From the NCBI RefSeq assembly GCF_009914755.1, contig NC_060925.1: DNA of 64,000 nucleotides. One strand, 5' to 3'. Positions 34,985 through 49,114 of this stretch are shown here, piece after piece. Each line of letters opens with the position of its first letter. Position 1 is the stretch's first letter. The translations under genes and the position numbers were made by a program. This DNA is from the human T2T-CHM13v2.0 reference genome, Homo sapiens. The notes under the pieces were generated by a model. That model had not been told where the DNA came from. It searched no databases and saw nothing but the letters and a program-made list of their open reading frames with translations.

Positions 34985-35625
34985 TGCTGGCACTTAAAAA
35001 TCTGTTATCTCTCGGCAACTGGGCCTGGGACTTTGCAAATCGCATTTCCTGAACTCCTTTGCTAGCTGCTTTCCTTAGGTTTTGCCAATGTGAGGCACTA
35101 GAAAGTGGCTGAGAAGTGAGAGAAGGGGGAAATGGACTTCCTGTTTTTCTATTCCTGTCCTTGTTTCTCTAGAGCCACAGACAGTTGGCTCCAGCCTCTC
35201 CATGTCCCTAAGTTGCCAGCAGCAGCTGGGTCGCCCTTCTTTGGCAGTCAGTGAACAGGCCATGCTATTGTCCTTCACCAGATGGGCTTTAAAATCCCTT
35301 CGTAATCCAAGCCCTGGCTGGATTCTTCTTCCTCAGTGGTCTGAGCACCAGCTTTCCAGAGCTTCCTCCAAGAAGTCTGAGCTCCAGGCCCCTGGAACTT
35401 CTCCCCAGCTCTTCATTCTGGAAACACCATCTCTCCCTTTTGGATTCCTCACTCCTAGGAGTTGCAGTTGCTTCCTGCAGTTCTTGTTCTCTAGGCCATT
35501 GCAGTGGGCCCTCTTGTTCTTCCAGCCTTCCAGCACTCGTGTGACCCATTCCTTGCACCAAATGCCTTCTCTTTAACAAACATAATGTGTTCTGTATCCC
35601 TGAGTGAACTCTGACCCAGATATCA
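34985..35625 (+). mobile_element. LTR33-like ERVL LTR
   Basis: catttcctgaactcctttgctagctgc..ttaggttttgccaatgtgaggcact resembles LTR33. Confidence 0.55.
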
Positions 35626-35649
35626 TGCTCATGAATATTGCTCAATAAA

Positions 35650-36570
35650 GAAACACGAGTCTTTGAAGGCATTTAAACTGAAAAGTGGCTCCTTGCTGCA
35701 GTTCTTATTTCTTCATTTGGCAGCATTTGACTCTGTTGACAACGCTTTCTTCCTTTAAATCTTATGTCATCTTGGTTTCTCTGAAGTAAGACTCTCATGG
35801 TCTCCATACCTCTCAGGCTACTCTTTCTTAGCCTCCTATGGAGACTCATCCGCCTTTATTCTGGTGTTTCCTGGGGCCAGATACATGCCTTTTTATTTCT
35901 CCAATCTACGCAATTTCCCTGGAAGAGCTCCTCCGTTTCCATAGCTTTAGGTGTTATCCATTTTCTGATGATGCACAGATTCATGTCTCAGCCAGACAGT
36001 TCTCCTCAGTCCCAGGCCCATTCATCCAGCTGTCCTCTGGACATCTCCATGGGAGTGCTCCCTATGTTGCATTAGAGGGCCTGGACTGTGATGGAGGGAG
36101 ACCCGGTTTCAATCCAGATCTGCATCATACCCAAGGCATCCCAAAAAGTTGATAATCATCTGTGTTTCCCACCAACCCTTCTCTCCCTCTGTGTTCCTAG
36201 TGTAAGTGGCTAACTCTAGCATTCATCCTTGTCGAACTTGAAAAGCTGGGTGTCCGTGTTGACCCCTGCTTCTCCCTCATGTCCCATATACAAATAAGTC
36301 CACTAGATTAAATCTCTTCATTCAATTTATGTATTTCTATCATTACTGTCACAACTCTAGTCTGGCCCACTATAATTTCCAACAGCTTCCTCAAAGGCAT
36401 CTTACCTTCCAATGATGCTGTTCTAAACATCAACTTCCACACAGCAGTTATTTTCCCCCAAATAAAAATCTAATCAAAGTCTCTCCTCTACTTAAAACTG
36501 TTCAGTTCTGATTCTCCTCTTGGAATGAAATACACTCTATAGCATGGCTTATCATACCTTGGTGATCTTG
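35650..36570 (+). mobile_element. L2 remnant
   Basis: gcagcatttgactctgttgac, ctgatgatgcacagat, ggacatctcca landmarks. Confidence 0.7.
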
Positions 36571-36599
36571 TAACGGGATGCTTCTAGCTGAGGGCTCTT

Positions 36600-38300
36600 T
36601 ATTTTATGCAAGAAAAGATGCCATTTAAAGGTTTCCAGTTCTAATATCTCCAGGGGTACAGATGGAAGGCACCGTTAGGAACAGAGATTGCTCTGGGAGG
36701 GGTCACTTGTCTCTCTTACTTATGTAAATGTCAGTCAAGATTGTACCCATTGAAGGAAGGCATAATAGGGTTTATTTGAAACTTGGCCATGGCTACCTCT
36801 TGGAAAGCACATGACTTATCTCCAGCGAAGAAGTCAATAGAAGTCTTTAAGTTTCTTGGGAACAAAGGGAACATATTTGACCTCTTCCTTTTTGAGTTTT
36901 GTGGTCATTAACACTTCGATGAATTGACAGTCTTAGCTGATATATTCCCTGGCAGCAAAGTTCCCCAGGAAAGAAAGGTGAGTTTGCATGTAGAGAGCTT
37001 ATATTGACACAAAGGTATAACTGAATTCCCATCCACAGTATTAATATGTACCTGAGGTGGCTCTCAACTAGCAGGTGGATGAAAAGACTCATCCCGTAGA
37101 TGTCAAGTCAGCTTCAATCCTTAGCCATGTCAGTGCTTGAGCAATGGGTCCATGAACATCTGGGCCATGGCAGGAATAGATATTCTTGGGGCCAACTGCA
37201 TGGATTTTTTCTCTCCAGGGTTGACCTATTTCCAATTCTGAGGGAGACCAGCCATAGGACTGGCTATATAGTTTGAGAGGCCCTGTGCAAAATGAAAAGG
37301 GGTGTGTGTGTAACAACCCTCCCCACAACTTTTCATTGCTATGTAGTTTGAGAGGCCCTGTGCAAAATGAAAAGGCTTGTGTGTGTGGTGGAGTTGTACA
37401 CACACACACACACACACACACACCCCTTTTCATTTTGCACAGGGCCTCTCAAACTATATAGCCAGTCCTTCAAATTCTGTTTACAGAATTTACCAACCTG
37501 GACCCATTAGCCAGCAGGTGGAGTGTTCACTTTGGACACTTTTTGGACACTTTTTAATGTGGAGTGATGAGTAATTTGTCTTCACAGGAGTTCATACCTA
37601 CTGCAAGAATGGTGTGACTTTGCTGTCTGCAGTATCTGTGCCAGCAACATGCTCTGGCAGCTTGTGGAAGTCATAACCTGCTGTATGATATCTAATACAA
37701 CATTTTTTTAGGCTTGAAAAGGAAGTGCAACAATGGGCACATGACCACAGGATTCAATGATTATACTATTTACTCTAGTACCCAGAAGTGGGTGCCCAAG
37801 TAGCACTGGCATGAGCTTGGGAAGGCTAGACTAAATAAAGCAATAGCACTGGGATAGCACCATCCGGGGATGTCCAGCATGTGTTAAACAGATCAGTGGC
37901 TAATATATGATGGTGTGCTCTCAATAGCTAGAATATATGGATCCAGGAAACAAGAGATGGAAGTAAGTGTCACCTCTTTACTTTCAGTGACTCAGCTGGG
38001 GAATTTACACTTTCTATAGTGGGATGCTTAGGTGGTCCTCACAACTTTAAGTTCTGCTGGGTGGAGGTCCTCTTTCTCATAGGAGTGAGAATGCCTCTTC
38101 TAGGACGTGCCTGTATGCAGTGTTATAAGTTGGAAGCCATGACTGCCACCTGGCCACTTGGGGCTCCTCATGTGCATAACCCATCGAGCACATAAAGTGG
38201 CTGAGCTTGTTGGTATATTGAACCCTAATTCCTATGAGGTGCTGGTATTGCTGCTACACAATGGGGGGGATGAAGGAATTTGTTTGGAACTCAGAGAAGC
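36600..38300 (+). mobile_element. ERVL/MaLR internal (pol RNaseH-integrase) remnant
   Basis: caggtggatgaaaagactcatcc..gcaatgggtccatgaaca and ggatccaggaaacaagagatggaagt resemble ERVL pol. Confidence 0.65.
37256..37469. repeat. Perfect 56-bp inverted repeat built from a MER45-like end, with an internal third copy
   Basis: 37256-37311 is the exact reverse complement of 37414-37469; a direct copy lies at 37338-37375. Confidence 0.93.
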
Positions 38301-38326
38301 CATGGAGTTTATTCAAACCTCTAGAT

Positions 38327-38537
38327 CAGGAGCTGTCAAACTTGTTCTTGAAGGGCCAGGTAGGAAATATTGTCAGCATTAGAGGCCATATGGTTTCTGT
38401 CACAACCATTTAACTGCTATAGTAGCCTGAAAGCAGCCATAGACAACACATAAAGAAATGAATGTTGCTGTGTTCCAAAGAAACGTTATGTGCAAAAACA
38501 GGCAGCTGGTACCCTGCCTACAGTTTGCTGACCTCTG
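38327..38537 (+). mobile_element. MER58A (hAT-Charlie MITE)
   Basis: caggagctgtcaaac..aagggccag..gcagccatagacaa..agtttgctgacctctg. Confidence 0.85.
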
Positions 38538-38549
38538 CTCTGGTACCAA

Positions 38550-39125
38550 GAATTACAAAGCATAGAAGAAGACGTTAAATGCCACCATGATGATGCAATC
38601 AGCCAAATCCAGAATGTGAGAAATTCTACAAGACAAATGATTTGCTTTCTTCAGCAGATAAATGATAAGAAAACAAAGAAAGAGGGAGAACTCCTATATA
38701 TTAAGAGAGACTTAAGAATCATATTGTTAAAATTCAATATGTGAATCTTTGATTATAAAAAGATTACCAGTGAAAATCAATCATAGGCTGGGAATTACAT
38801 GATGTTAGGAAATTGAAAAAAAATTTTGTTGGGTGTAATAACAGTGTTAGGTTATGATAAAGTCAAAGGTCCTGTCTGTCAGCCATACATAGTGGGGTAC
38901 TTATAGTGAAATAATTCTATTTCTGAGATTTGCTTTAATATAGCCTAGCAAAATAAAAAACAATTTTTTGTGTGTATGTTGATGGGGGGAGGTAAGTACT
39001 GATGAAATAAAAATAATGGCAAAATGTTGACATTAGTTGAAGTTGGTTGTTGTGCACCTGAGATTTCATTATATTATTTTCTCTGCTTTTGTATTTGACA
39101 AATTCCATAATACAGAGAGTAAACA
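38550..39125 (+). mobile_element. L1ME-type 3' end
   Basis: atgcaatcagccaaatccagaatgtgagaaattctacaagacaaatga..ttcattatattattttctct. Confidence 0.7.
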
Positions 39126-39295
39126 AAAGCAAAAACAATTTTAATTAAATGAAAATGTTGAAGATATTGGCATGCCATTTTCTGTCACTTTGTTCACTTA
39201 TGACTTAGGTACTCACCAAATGAAAAACATGTAGAATGCTTCATTCCATTATTACACAACTTTCTCAATTGTCCCTGCTGTGGTTCAGTGTCTAA

Positions 39296-39900
<605 letters not shown>

Positions 39901-40417
39901 CGAATCTTTTCATTGAGCTAAAATATGTCTGTTGAGTATGTATAAGAATACATGAGAAGACTATCCCCGTTTCCTAATTCTTCCAGTGAAAAATTTAGGG
40001 AAAGAAATGTTCATTTATTTTTTTCTTCCATCTGAACATCAGGCACATACACTCCATGACACACATACCCCATACTCAGTTGTAAAACAACGGTTTACAA
40101 GTGTCAGAGACAGGTGTTTTACAACTTCATACATTAATCTGAGGGCCTGGTACAAAGGCATTTGAGCTTACAACCTCTGTGACACTAGCATTGATATATA
40201 CAAAGTATCTGCCACTGCCCGCTTTGCATGCACTCTAAAGTTCTGTCTCCTGTTGCAATATTTTATTTTTAGATTAGGGAGAGTCTACATCTGTAGTGCC
40301 CTTCCGCCACCACTTTAGTAAATTTTATTGGCTCCTAAGCTTTCAACACCTGTGATGATGAATTACTTGCCTTTGATCCCCACCTGTTGGTTTTTTAGAG
40401 CACAAAACATGTCAAAA

Positions 40418-40535
40418 GGGCGGGGTGCAGTGGCTCACGCCTGTAAACCCAGAAGTTTGGGAGGCTGAGGTGGGCAGATAACCTGAGGTCGGGAGTTCGA
40501 GACCAGCCTGGCCAACATGGTGAAACCCCGCGTCT
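40418..40535 (+). mobile_element. Alu left arm only (AluS-like)
   Basis: gggcggggtgcagtggctcacgcc..gtgaaaccccgcgtct, then an abrupt end. Confidence 0.85.
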
Positions 40536-41239
40536 TGGAAGTCTGTTTTGGACTTCCATTTCCTTCTTAAGGATGTAGCCTAGGTTCAGAGGGAAGTCAA
40601 GGTCCTGGGAACAAGAAGGATAGTTTGTTTTAAGGTCAGAGCTCAACACAGTCCTTCAGCCTGCGGAGGCAACCCAGAGAAGAAGTCTCCCTATACTGTC
40701 AAGAGTAGCATCAGGAAGCAAGTGTCCTCCTCACACATCCTAATCTGAACATTACTGCCCCCCTCCCCTAAATACCACCACACACACTCACAGACAGTCC
40801 ATTCAGCTCTGGGTTTCAAATGCATATGATTTGTCTTGGCCAAGATTGATCTGAAGTTCTACACAGGACTCTAGCCAGAAGCCTTGAAGCTAGGATCTGA
40901 AACCAACCCCCAAATCATATTCTAATTTCATTTATCATCCCAATGAGTGGCCGGCTGGTGGTATCATGGAGAAAGAAAAGAGTAAAGCAACGATCTGAAA
41001 ACAATCTGTACTTTGCAATGTCTCCTTTAACAAACAGATAGTAACTGAACACCTGAACACCTACTCTGTGCCAGGTTCCCTGTTGCTTTTGTCACCTGGC
41101 CTTTCTCAAAGCACCAAACCTCTTCTCCCTCGGGTCTTTGTTTTTTAGACCAAGTATTTGTTTTAATATGTCAATCTAGGCTTCTTGATTATCCCAAGGA
41201 ACAGTGGGAAAATTCAAAATCCCCTGAAACATCTCCTAG

Positions 41240-41584
<345 letters not shown>

Positions 41585-42370
41585 TGAGGAATTCTAATCT
41601 GGGGTGTTTCTATTTCTTGGAGGCAGTGGAAGCAGGCTGGGCTTTGGCAACCAGCAGAGTGAGGTCAGAATGCCCGCTCTGCTAGTTATTTGCAGCGTGA
41701 TCACTAAATCACTTAATGTCTTTGAGTTTTGATTACACCTTTGGTAACATGGTGATAGTTATAATAATAATTACCTAGAGAGTTATTGGGGGATTAAATG
41801 CTATATGTATGCAAATGGATGGTCTATAGTAAAAGCCTAACACATATTAGAACCTCCTCATCCCACCAACCTCCAGTATGGTCTTCACTGAATTTCCACC
41901 TTGTGCTGCAAAAGTGCTTTTTACTTAAAAAAAAAAAAAAAAAAAAAAAAAAGATTTAGTTCTAAGACCTACCTAATAGCAAAGGTGGAAATCCATTTTC
42001 ATACACAGTTCCAATGAAAGTGAGAAGTGAGCAGGAATAAGGCAGACAGTACTGTAGTCACTAATGGGAATGGACTTGGGGTGATGTAAATCAGTTTACC
42101 AAATAGGAGGAATACTTTCTTATGAAAGAAATATATTACCAGAAATACCACAAAACTGAGTAAATATCTGAAAGCAGAGCCACTTCATTTTCCTTTTGCC
42201 TCCTGGCAGAGTACCAAGCAAAAGCCCATGATAATCTTAATCTTCCGGAGCTCATGCTTTTGTCTTATCTTTTTCTCTGGACATGAGATTAATTGCTGTA
42301 TCCCACAATTAATTCATTGCATATTATGTGTGCACTCTGTTATGTATGCACTCAGTTCTCACCCATAAAT

Positions 42371-42669
42371 TTCTTTCTTTCTTTTTTTTTTGAGACAGTC
42401 TTGCTCTGTTGCCAGGCTGGAGTGCAGTGGTGCGATCTTTGTTCACTGAAACTTCGACATCCAGGGTTCAAGTGATTCTCCTGCCTTAGCCTCCCAAGTA
42501 GTAAGGACTACAGGTGCATGCCACCATGCCCAGCTAATTTTTGTATTTTTAGTAGATACGGGGTTTCACCATGTTGGTGAGGATGGTCTCAATCTCTTGA
42601 CCTCGTGATCCACCTGCCTTGGCCTCCCAGAGCGCTGGGATTACAGGCAGGAGCCACTGCGCTTGGCCT
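42371..42669 (-). mobile_element. AluSc-like
   Basis: ttgctctgttgccaggctgg (Sc-type short form). Confidence 0.88.
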
Positions 42670-43690
42670 AAAATTTCTTACTCTTGGAGAGTTGCATATC
42701 CTTTAGAAAGTGCTTGCATTACCAGAAAGGACAATCAAAACATTCTCTATTTACACATGATCTTTCCGAAGGGTATCTTGACAGGACATATATATCAAAA
42801 CCCTAAAACGGGCATGCTTCTTAAACCAGCAATTCCAGTTCTAAGATATTATTCAAAGAAAATATTTAATATGTGTTAAAAATGTATGAAGTAGTATGCT
42901 ATTTATAGGCTGAAATACCCTTAAGTTTTAAAGATATTATAGAATGCTATGTAGCTATTAAAATTGTGTTGTAGAAGAATAATGACATGGACAAATGTTC
43001 ATAATTAATTTATAGCCAGAAAAACAAGTAGGTTATAAGGCATTTTAAAAATGAACTCATTGCTCTAAAATCTAGGCTTTACAAAGAGTCTACAAAGAAA
43101 CCATCAAATTATTCAGCTATTACTCTAAAATAAAGGAATTAAAGGAAAATATTTGTTCTATACCTTTGTGCTTTTCATGTTTTAGCAGTTTTCTGGTTAT
43201 TGTTATTGTTCATATTAGCAGCCAGTGAATGACACGTTCTTTCTCTCTAGGGTCTTTGGGATGCTGGTCCCACTTCCTGAAATATCATTTCCCCCTCTTT
43301 GTCTGCTGAAGATAATTATCTGGTCATTCTCCAAAACTCAGCTTTTATATCACTGATTTCCAGAATTCTTTACTATGACCAGGCTTTCTTGTGTTTAAAA
43401 CATCTTACATTTAAAACACACAAACACACACTCATTGAATAGTTACCACAGGCTAAGTACTGTCCTCAGCTTTTTTGTATGTTTTTACTCACTTATTTTT
43501 CACAATAGACAGGTGATGTAGAGAATAATATCATCTTCATTTTATAGATAATGTAACTGAGGCTCACGGATCAAGAAACCTTCCCAAGATCACAAAGCTA
43601 GTAAATGGCTGGGTAAGAATATTGTTAACCCAGGTAGCCTGACTCTAGAACCTATGCTGTAAATTTCTCTGGTAACCCGCATTCTACTAA

Positions 43691-43987
<297 letters not shown>

Positions 43988-44396
43988 TCTACTAACCTAT
44001 TTTAATAGCTGCTTTGCTTCTGTGCACATTAACATCTTTTGCACCTGCATCTTCTTGAATACAACAAGGCTAAATTTCCAGCAGCAAACATATTCAGAGA
44101 TCAATATTTGCGGAATACAAAAAAAATCATCAGCAAGGCTTACCACTGCTATTAAATACTGAATAAGTGTTTTATTATCATACAGAAATGGTAGGAAAAG
44201 GAGGAGAAGAAAAAGAAAGAAAAAATCTAAGGGATGAAAGAAAGACAAGAAGAATAACAGGAAGAAAAGAGAATGGTTATAGAGGAAAAAAAGATCTGAG
44301 GCTTTGGGGACATTCAACTGACAGCTTCCTTACCTGTATTTTTCAGAAATCTTAATTCTATAATTTTTCAAAAAAAATTTTTTTTTTAAAGCAGTT

Positions 44397-44716
44397 GGTT
44401 GGGTGCAGTGGCTCACATCCGTATGCCCAGCACTTTGGGAGGCCGAGGAGGGAGGATTGGTTGAGCTTAGGAGTTCGAGATGAGCCTTGGCAACAAAGCA
44501 AAACCTGTCTCTCTACAAAATAATATAAAACAAATAAATTAGCTCGGTATGGCAGCATACACCTGTAGTCCCAGTCACTCAGGAGGCTGAGGTGAGAGGA
44601 TCGCTTGAGCCCAGGAACTCAAGGCTGCAGTGAGCTGTGATCATAGCACTGTACTCCAGCCTGGGCAACAGAGTGAGATCCTGCCTCAAAAAATAAAAAA
44701 GAAAAAATAAAAAAAA
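44397..44716 (+). mobile_element. AluJ
   Basis: gagcccaggaactcaaggctgcagtgagctgtgatc; A tail. Confidence 0.9.
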
Positions 44717-45994
44717 GCAAACTTTTTCCAAGTGAAATTTAGTGCTGAAGACCAGCAAATAAAACAGATGACGCTGGTATTGGGACCAGAGTTTGCTGTA
44801 CTCACCTGGGGAGTTCCTAGCCTGCCCCAGCCCCATGGCAGCCCTGAGACATCTCTGAAGAATTATTAGGATACTGAGAACAGGTTGAAAACCACTGCCT
44901 TAAAATTTTCTCTGGGTGATGGTCACAAGTGTGCCTTTGTGAGTAGAATCCTTATCTCCTATAGGATCAAGGTTAAAATCTGTGATCTGTTTCTGAGACT
45001 CCATTGAAAACATACTAAATCCAAAGTTAATCACTAAAATAAAGTTAAGGAAAATGAAACTATAAATTATGAAATGCTTATATAATTTCCTTATATATAA
45101 ATGTTCCTTTTGGCAGATTTTTTTTTCTACATGGATTTTATTGGTTAAAGTGTTTATTTAACTTTGGACTTCAGATGGCTTCTTTTCCTGATAAACATTT
45201 CTACACTAAGTATAGGCAGTACCATTGCTCCAGGGATTTTCAAACTGCTTTCAAAATTAGTTTTATTTATTCTGAAATGTTCTGTGGTTACTTTGATATA
45301 CATGAATTCCTCTAAAAGCTTTTGAATGGAGCAAAAGTTGGTGGAGGGAGTTTTTCTGAGGTAACTTTATTTTCTTCAATGATTCCTTGCTCAAAACATA
45401 GAGGGGGTCTGACTTCAACCAGCCAGTCAACAATGTCAAATCTACTCATCGATGCATCAGCATCCAAGACAGAATTACTCAAAGTTGTTAGCAGTTATAT
45501 ATAAAATGTTATTCATTGATACAGTGTTTTGTTTATAAGAAAGATAACAATAGCAAAGTTTTGCAGGTCAAACCAGTATGTTAGTATAGGTTTTAGTCTA
45601 TGTATTAATTTATAGCTACCTTTGAGTGATGGAAGTAATAATATTGTTTGCAGCCATAACAGACATGAGTGGATGTCGTGACTAATGTTTACAGAGGATA
45701 TGGAAGGAGATATTTATATAACACAGGTTGTGTTGCAGGTGTCTTCTCTAGCAGTTTACACATCTGGGACAGAGGATGTGTGAAGTATAGCACAACTTCT
45801 AGGATAGGTGGCTGGCTTACAGGGACTTCATGTTACCCAACTAGAATGGGCTCTCCAAGTATCCATTTTACATCCGTGTATCCTTCCAATAAGTCATTAC
45901 ATTTGCAAATACACCAACGTCTATGCATCTTTGATTCTTTAATTGTTAACAGCCCAGAAAAATAGCTACCTTTTCTGTATTAAAAATGTTCTAT

Positions 45995-46340
45995 ACTGGG
46001 TGTGGTGGTGCACGCATGTAGTCTCAGCTGCTCTGGAGGCTGAGGCGGGAGGATCACTTCAGCATAGGATTTTGAGACCAGCCTGAGCAACATAGAGAGA
46101 TCCTATCTCCAAAAAATATTTCCCGATGTTCTAAATGCAATCATCTTGTCATTAATTTGATGTGCATTACCTCATTTTTTCCTCACGACAACCCTATGAG
46201 GTAGGTACCATTTATTTCCATTTATAAAAGTGGCTCAGGGTCTTTGACCTGCCCACCAATACACAGCTGGTTAAAAGCATGATCAGAATTGAAGCCAGTA
46301 TTTATCTGACTCCAAAACCATGTCCTTGACTGCTCTGCTA
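45995..46340. mobile_element. FLAM monomer (45995-46097, +) followed by a MIR (-)
   Basis: Alu monomer; cctcacgacaaccctatgaggtaggtacc MIR landmark. Confidence 0.75.
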
Positions 46341-46499
46341 ACTGGACCCTTGCAATGTCTTCCAATTAGAACTGTAGCTTTATTCATTTTAATTATTCTT
46401 TCACAGTCTAGCTCATAGCAGGCATTTCAGAAATGATTTTTTTAAGGAATGAATGAGTAAAAAATGGTTATTGGAGTTGTGAATACCAAAATAATATAC

Positions 46500-47205
46500 C
46501 AATTACTTCTTAAAGTCATCTAAGCTCTGTTTACCTCTCTCCATCTCTACTGTCAGCACTAGCCAGAGCCACCATCCATTTTGCCTGGAATTCTTCAGAA
46601 ACCACCTAACTATTCTCCGTAACCTTGGCTGCCTATAGTTTATTTTCACTAAAGCAACCAGAGAGAGCTTGCTAGAATGCAAAACATTTCCCCTTTCCCC
46701 TCAAAAAACAATCTTCAATGGTTTTCCACTGCTTCTAGGATTAAGTCGCAGGTCCTTAACATAGGTTACAAAACCCTTTAGCCTCATCTCATACCATTTC
46801 CCCACAGCCCTCAGTGGTCCAGCCACTCCATCCTGCCTACAGTTCTCATGGTGCTGCTTCCCACCACAGGACATTTGCCTGTCCTGCATTCTCTGTTGGA
46901 AATGCACGCTCCTCTTCCGTCCACCCTCCACCTCTAGTAACTCCTCTTCATCCTGTACATCTCCCCTCAGTCCAGATAAATTTCTTCTAAAATTTTCCTT
47001 TATGGCACTTTGAACTTCTCCTTGTTAGCACTAAACATTGTTGCAATATGCACTCATTTGACCTATGTTCTGTCTCTCCCATGCAAGCTCCTTTGGGCAT
47101 GAGCTATCACTATTTTCCTCACTTTTGTGAAGGCCATCCGTGTCTGTCCTGTAGTGGTCACTCAATAGATATTTAATACTCAAATATTTGTTTGAATGTG
47201 TGAAT
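46500..47205 (+). mobile_element. L2 3' portion
   Basis: cttcaatggttttccactgc..ctcaatagatattt..tttgaatgtgtgaat tail. Confidence 0.75.
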
Positions 47206-49114
47206 AGGATTTGGATATTGTGAGCTTGGATTTCCTGTTTCTGTTCTCTATCTTTATGATTTTTGGTGGTAACTATTTTGCTTAGGGCACTGTGATGTTT
47301 AGAACGGATTTAAAAACTTTTAGCACATCTGTTGCCAGGGCCCAACTCCAGGGAAGTTCACAGAGTTAAAATTAGAAAAGCAAAGTATGTGTATGTCAGG
47401 CAGACAATAAAGGGAAGTGATAGTCCCAGGATGGCTGGGTCACTGGCCACCTGCGGTTGTCTTCTTTCTCTTCTCATTACCACCTTCCATTTTCCCTCAA
47501 GTGGGAGAAAAAGTGAGTACAGAACGCAGACCACCTGCTGAGGTGGGTGCTGCAGAGAGCCACTGATTAAAGGTGGAGATGGAACTCCTTTTCTCAATTT
47601 CATCTTCTTGAACCTAATACCAGCTGTGTTTCAAGCTGAGCTACTACACGCCTGCTGGGAGGCCATTTGCTGCATGACACTATGAAAATGATGGCGTTTG
47701 CTCCTTCAAGTAAGAGATAATCAGCTTATTCAGAGCCTAAAGGAAGAGAAAGTTTTTTCAATTAGGTATGTACCTTTTACTCTCTATTCCAAGGGTTAAG
47801 AACAAAGGCACAAAGTGTGTGTGTGTGTATGTGTGTGTGTGTTGAGCAGTGCTGACCTGGGGTCCTGTATTTCTAAAGCATCTATCACTGTGGGAAAATT
47901 CAATTTCATGAAATTGAACTGGTGGGTGCTGTGCTGGCTCTTGCAGATATCTCTGGCCTGAAGCTCTGAATCCTGCATCTGCTTTGTCTCCGAACTCTCT
48001 GGCTCCATTATGAAACTAGAACCTACAGAGGCAGAGTACACACTCCCTCCTAGACCACATTATTAAAAAAAATACTTTCTCACCAAAAGAAGGAGAGAGA
48101 AGCCAAAGAGATCAACAAAGCTTTTCTCCACAGAGGCACTACATGTTTATTTTCTAAGACCTTTTAGCTCTCACCTTAGAGAAATAAAAAATCAGTATGT
48201 CATTATCTTTCTGAGGGAAGAAATGAAATGTGCTAAGATGGATATTTTTCTTCCTGCTTTATTCATCACATCTGCCCTACATTACTAGCACTCTCAAGGA
48301 GGAGGAGCTTTTTTAAAGCTTTTTTTCAAACCCAAGCTCTTTGATTGAAATTTAGAAGTGTTAGAAGGTTAGGTACTGCTTTGGGTTGAGAACTTTGGGG
48401 TCAGAGTGTGAAATTTACAATCTAAATATTTCTTACCCTGATATCTAGGATACTAAACAAATAAATTTGTAGAAACTAGAAGCTCCCTAACAAAGTAAAG
48501 CTATTTACCTTTCTAGGCTGTCAATACAAGCTTTAAAAGATGATAAATTTGGAATATGGCATACAATTCATTTTGGACCATTGTTAGCCTTATTCTTTTC
48601 TGAATAGCACAGTGCCTAGGTCATAATAAGCCCTCAAGAAAATGTTTTAATGGGATGAATAACTAAATGATTCTTTCAACATCATCAACACTGTCCTCTT
48701 GAGTATCTAAATTTGTAGGGAAATTTAGGGAGGTCCTTGTCTCTCCAGCTCTTCTTAGCTATAGACATCAATAATGATCAGCTTAAAGATCAGCACCCCA
48801 ACCAGTCCCCAAGTTTGTGTTAGAAGACCTTGCCACATGCCTCACCCTCATCAGTGGGGGGATTCTGGAGTAAATCTTGTTGCTTTAAGCCCAGCATCTG
48901 CTGAACCTGCATGAAACCTTTTGAGTAAGATGCCTTTGTTCCTAGACCTAGCCAGCCTCCTTCCTGCGGCTAAGAATATGTCCCTATTTGACTGACCTGC
49001 AGGGGTTTTGCTTCACAATGGTCAGACACTGGACATCTCTGGACAATCTGACTGCAGGTTTCACCTCTGTCTGGTGGGCTACTTGCACAGATTGGACCCT
49101 GTAGTTTAAAGAAA

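Noticed and set aside
41927-41952. Isolated poly(A) run as a retro-insertion tail
   Set aside because: No upstream copy of the flanking gatttagttct seen and no element body; treated as a simple mononucleotide run.
45316-45495. Minus-strand peptide containing IVDWLVEV, resembling a cyclin-box motif
   Set aside because: Isolated 8-mer with no other cyclin residues or convincing splice sites; it overlaps a better + strand pseudo-exon.
47502-47512. Possible 11-nt microexon (pyrimidine tract-aag|tgggagaaaaa|gtgagt)
   Set aside because: Weak AAG acceptor and a frame-shifting length; cannot be supported without RNA data.
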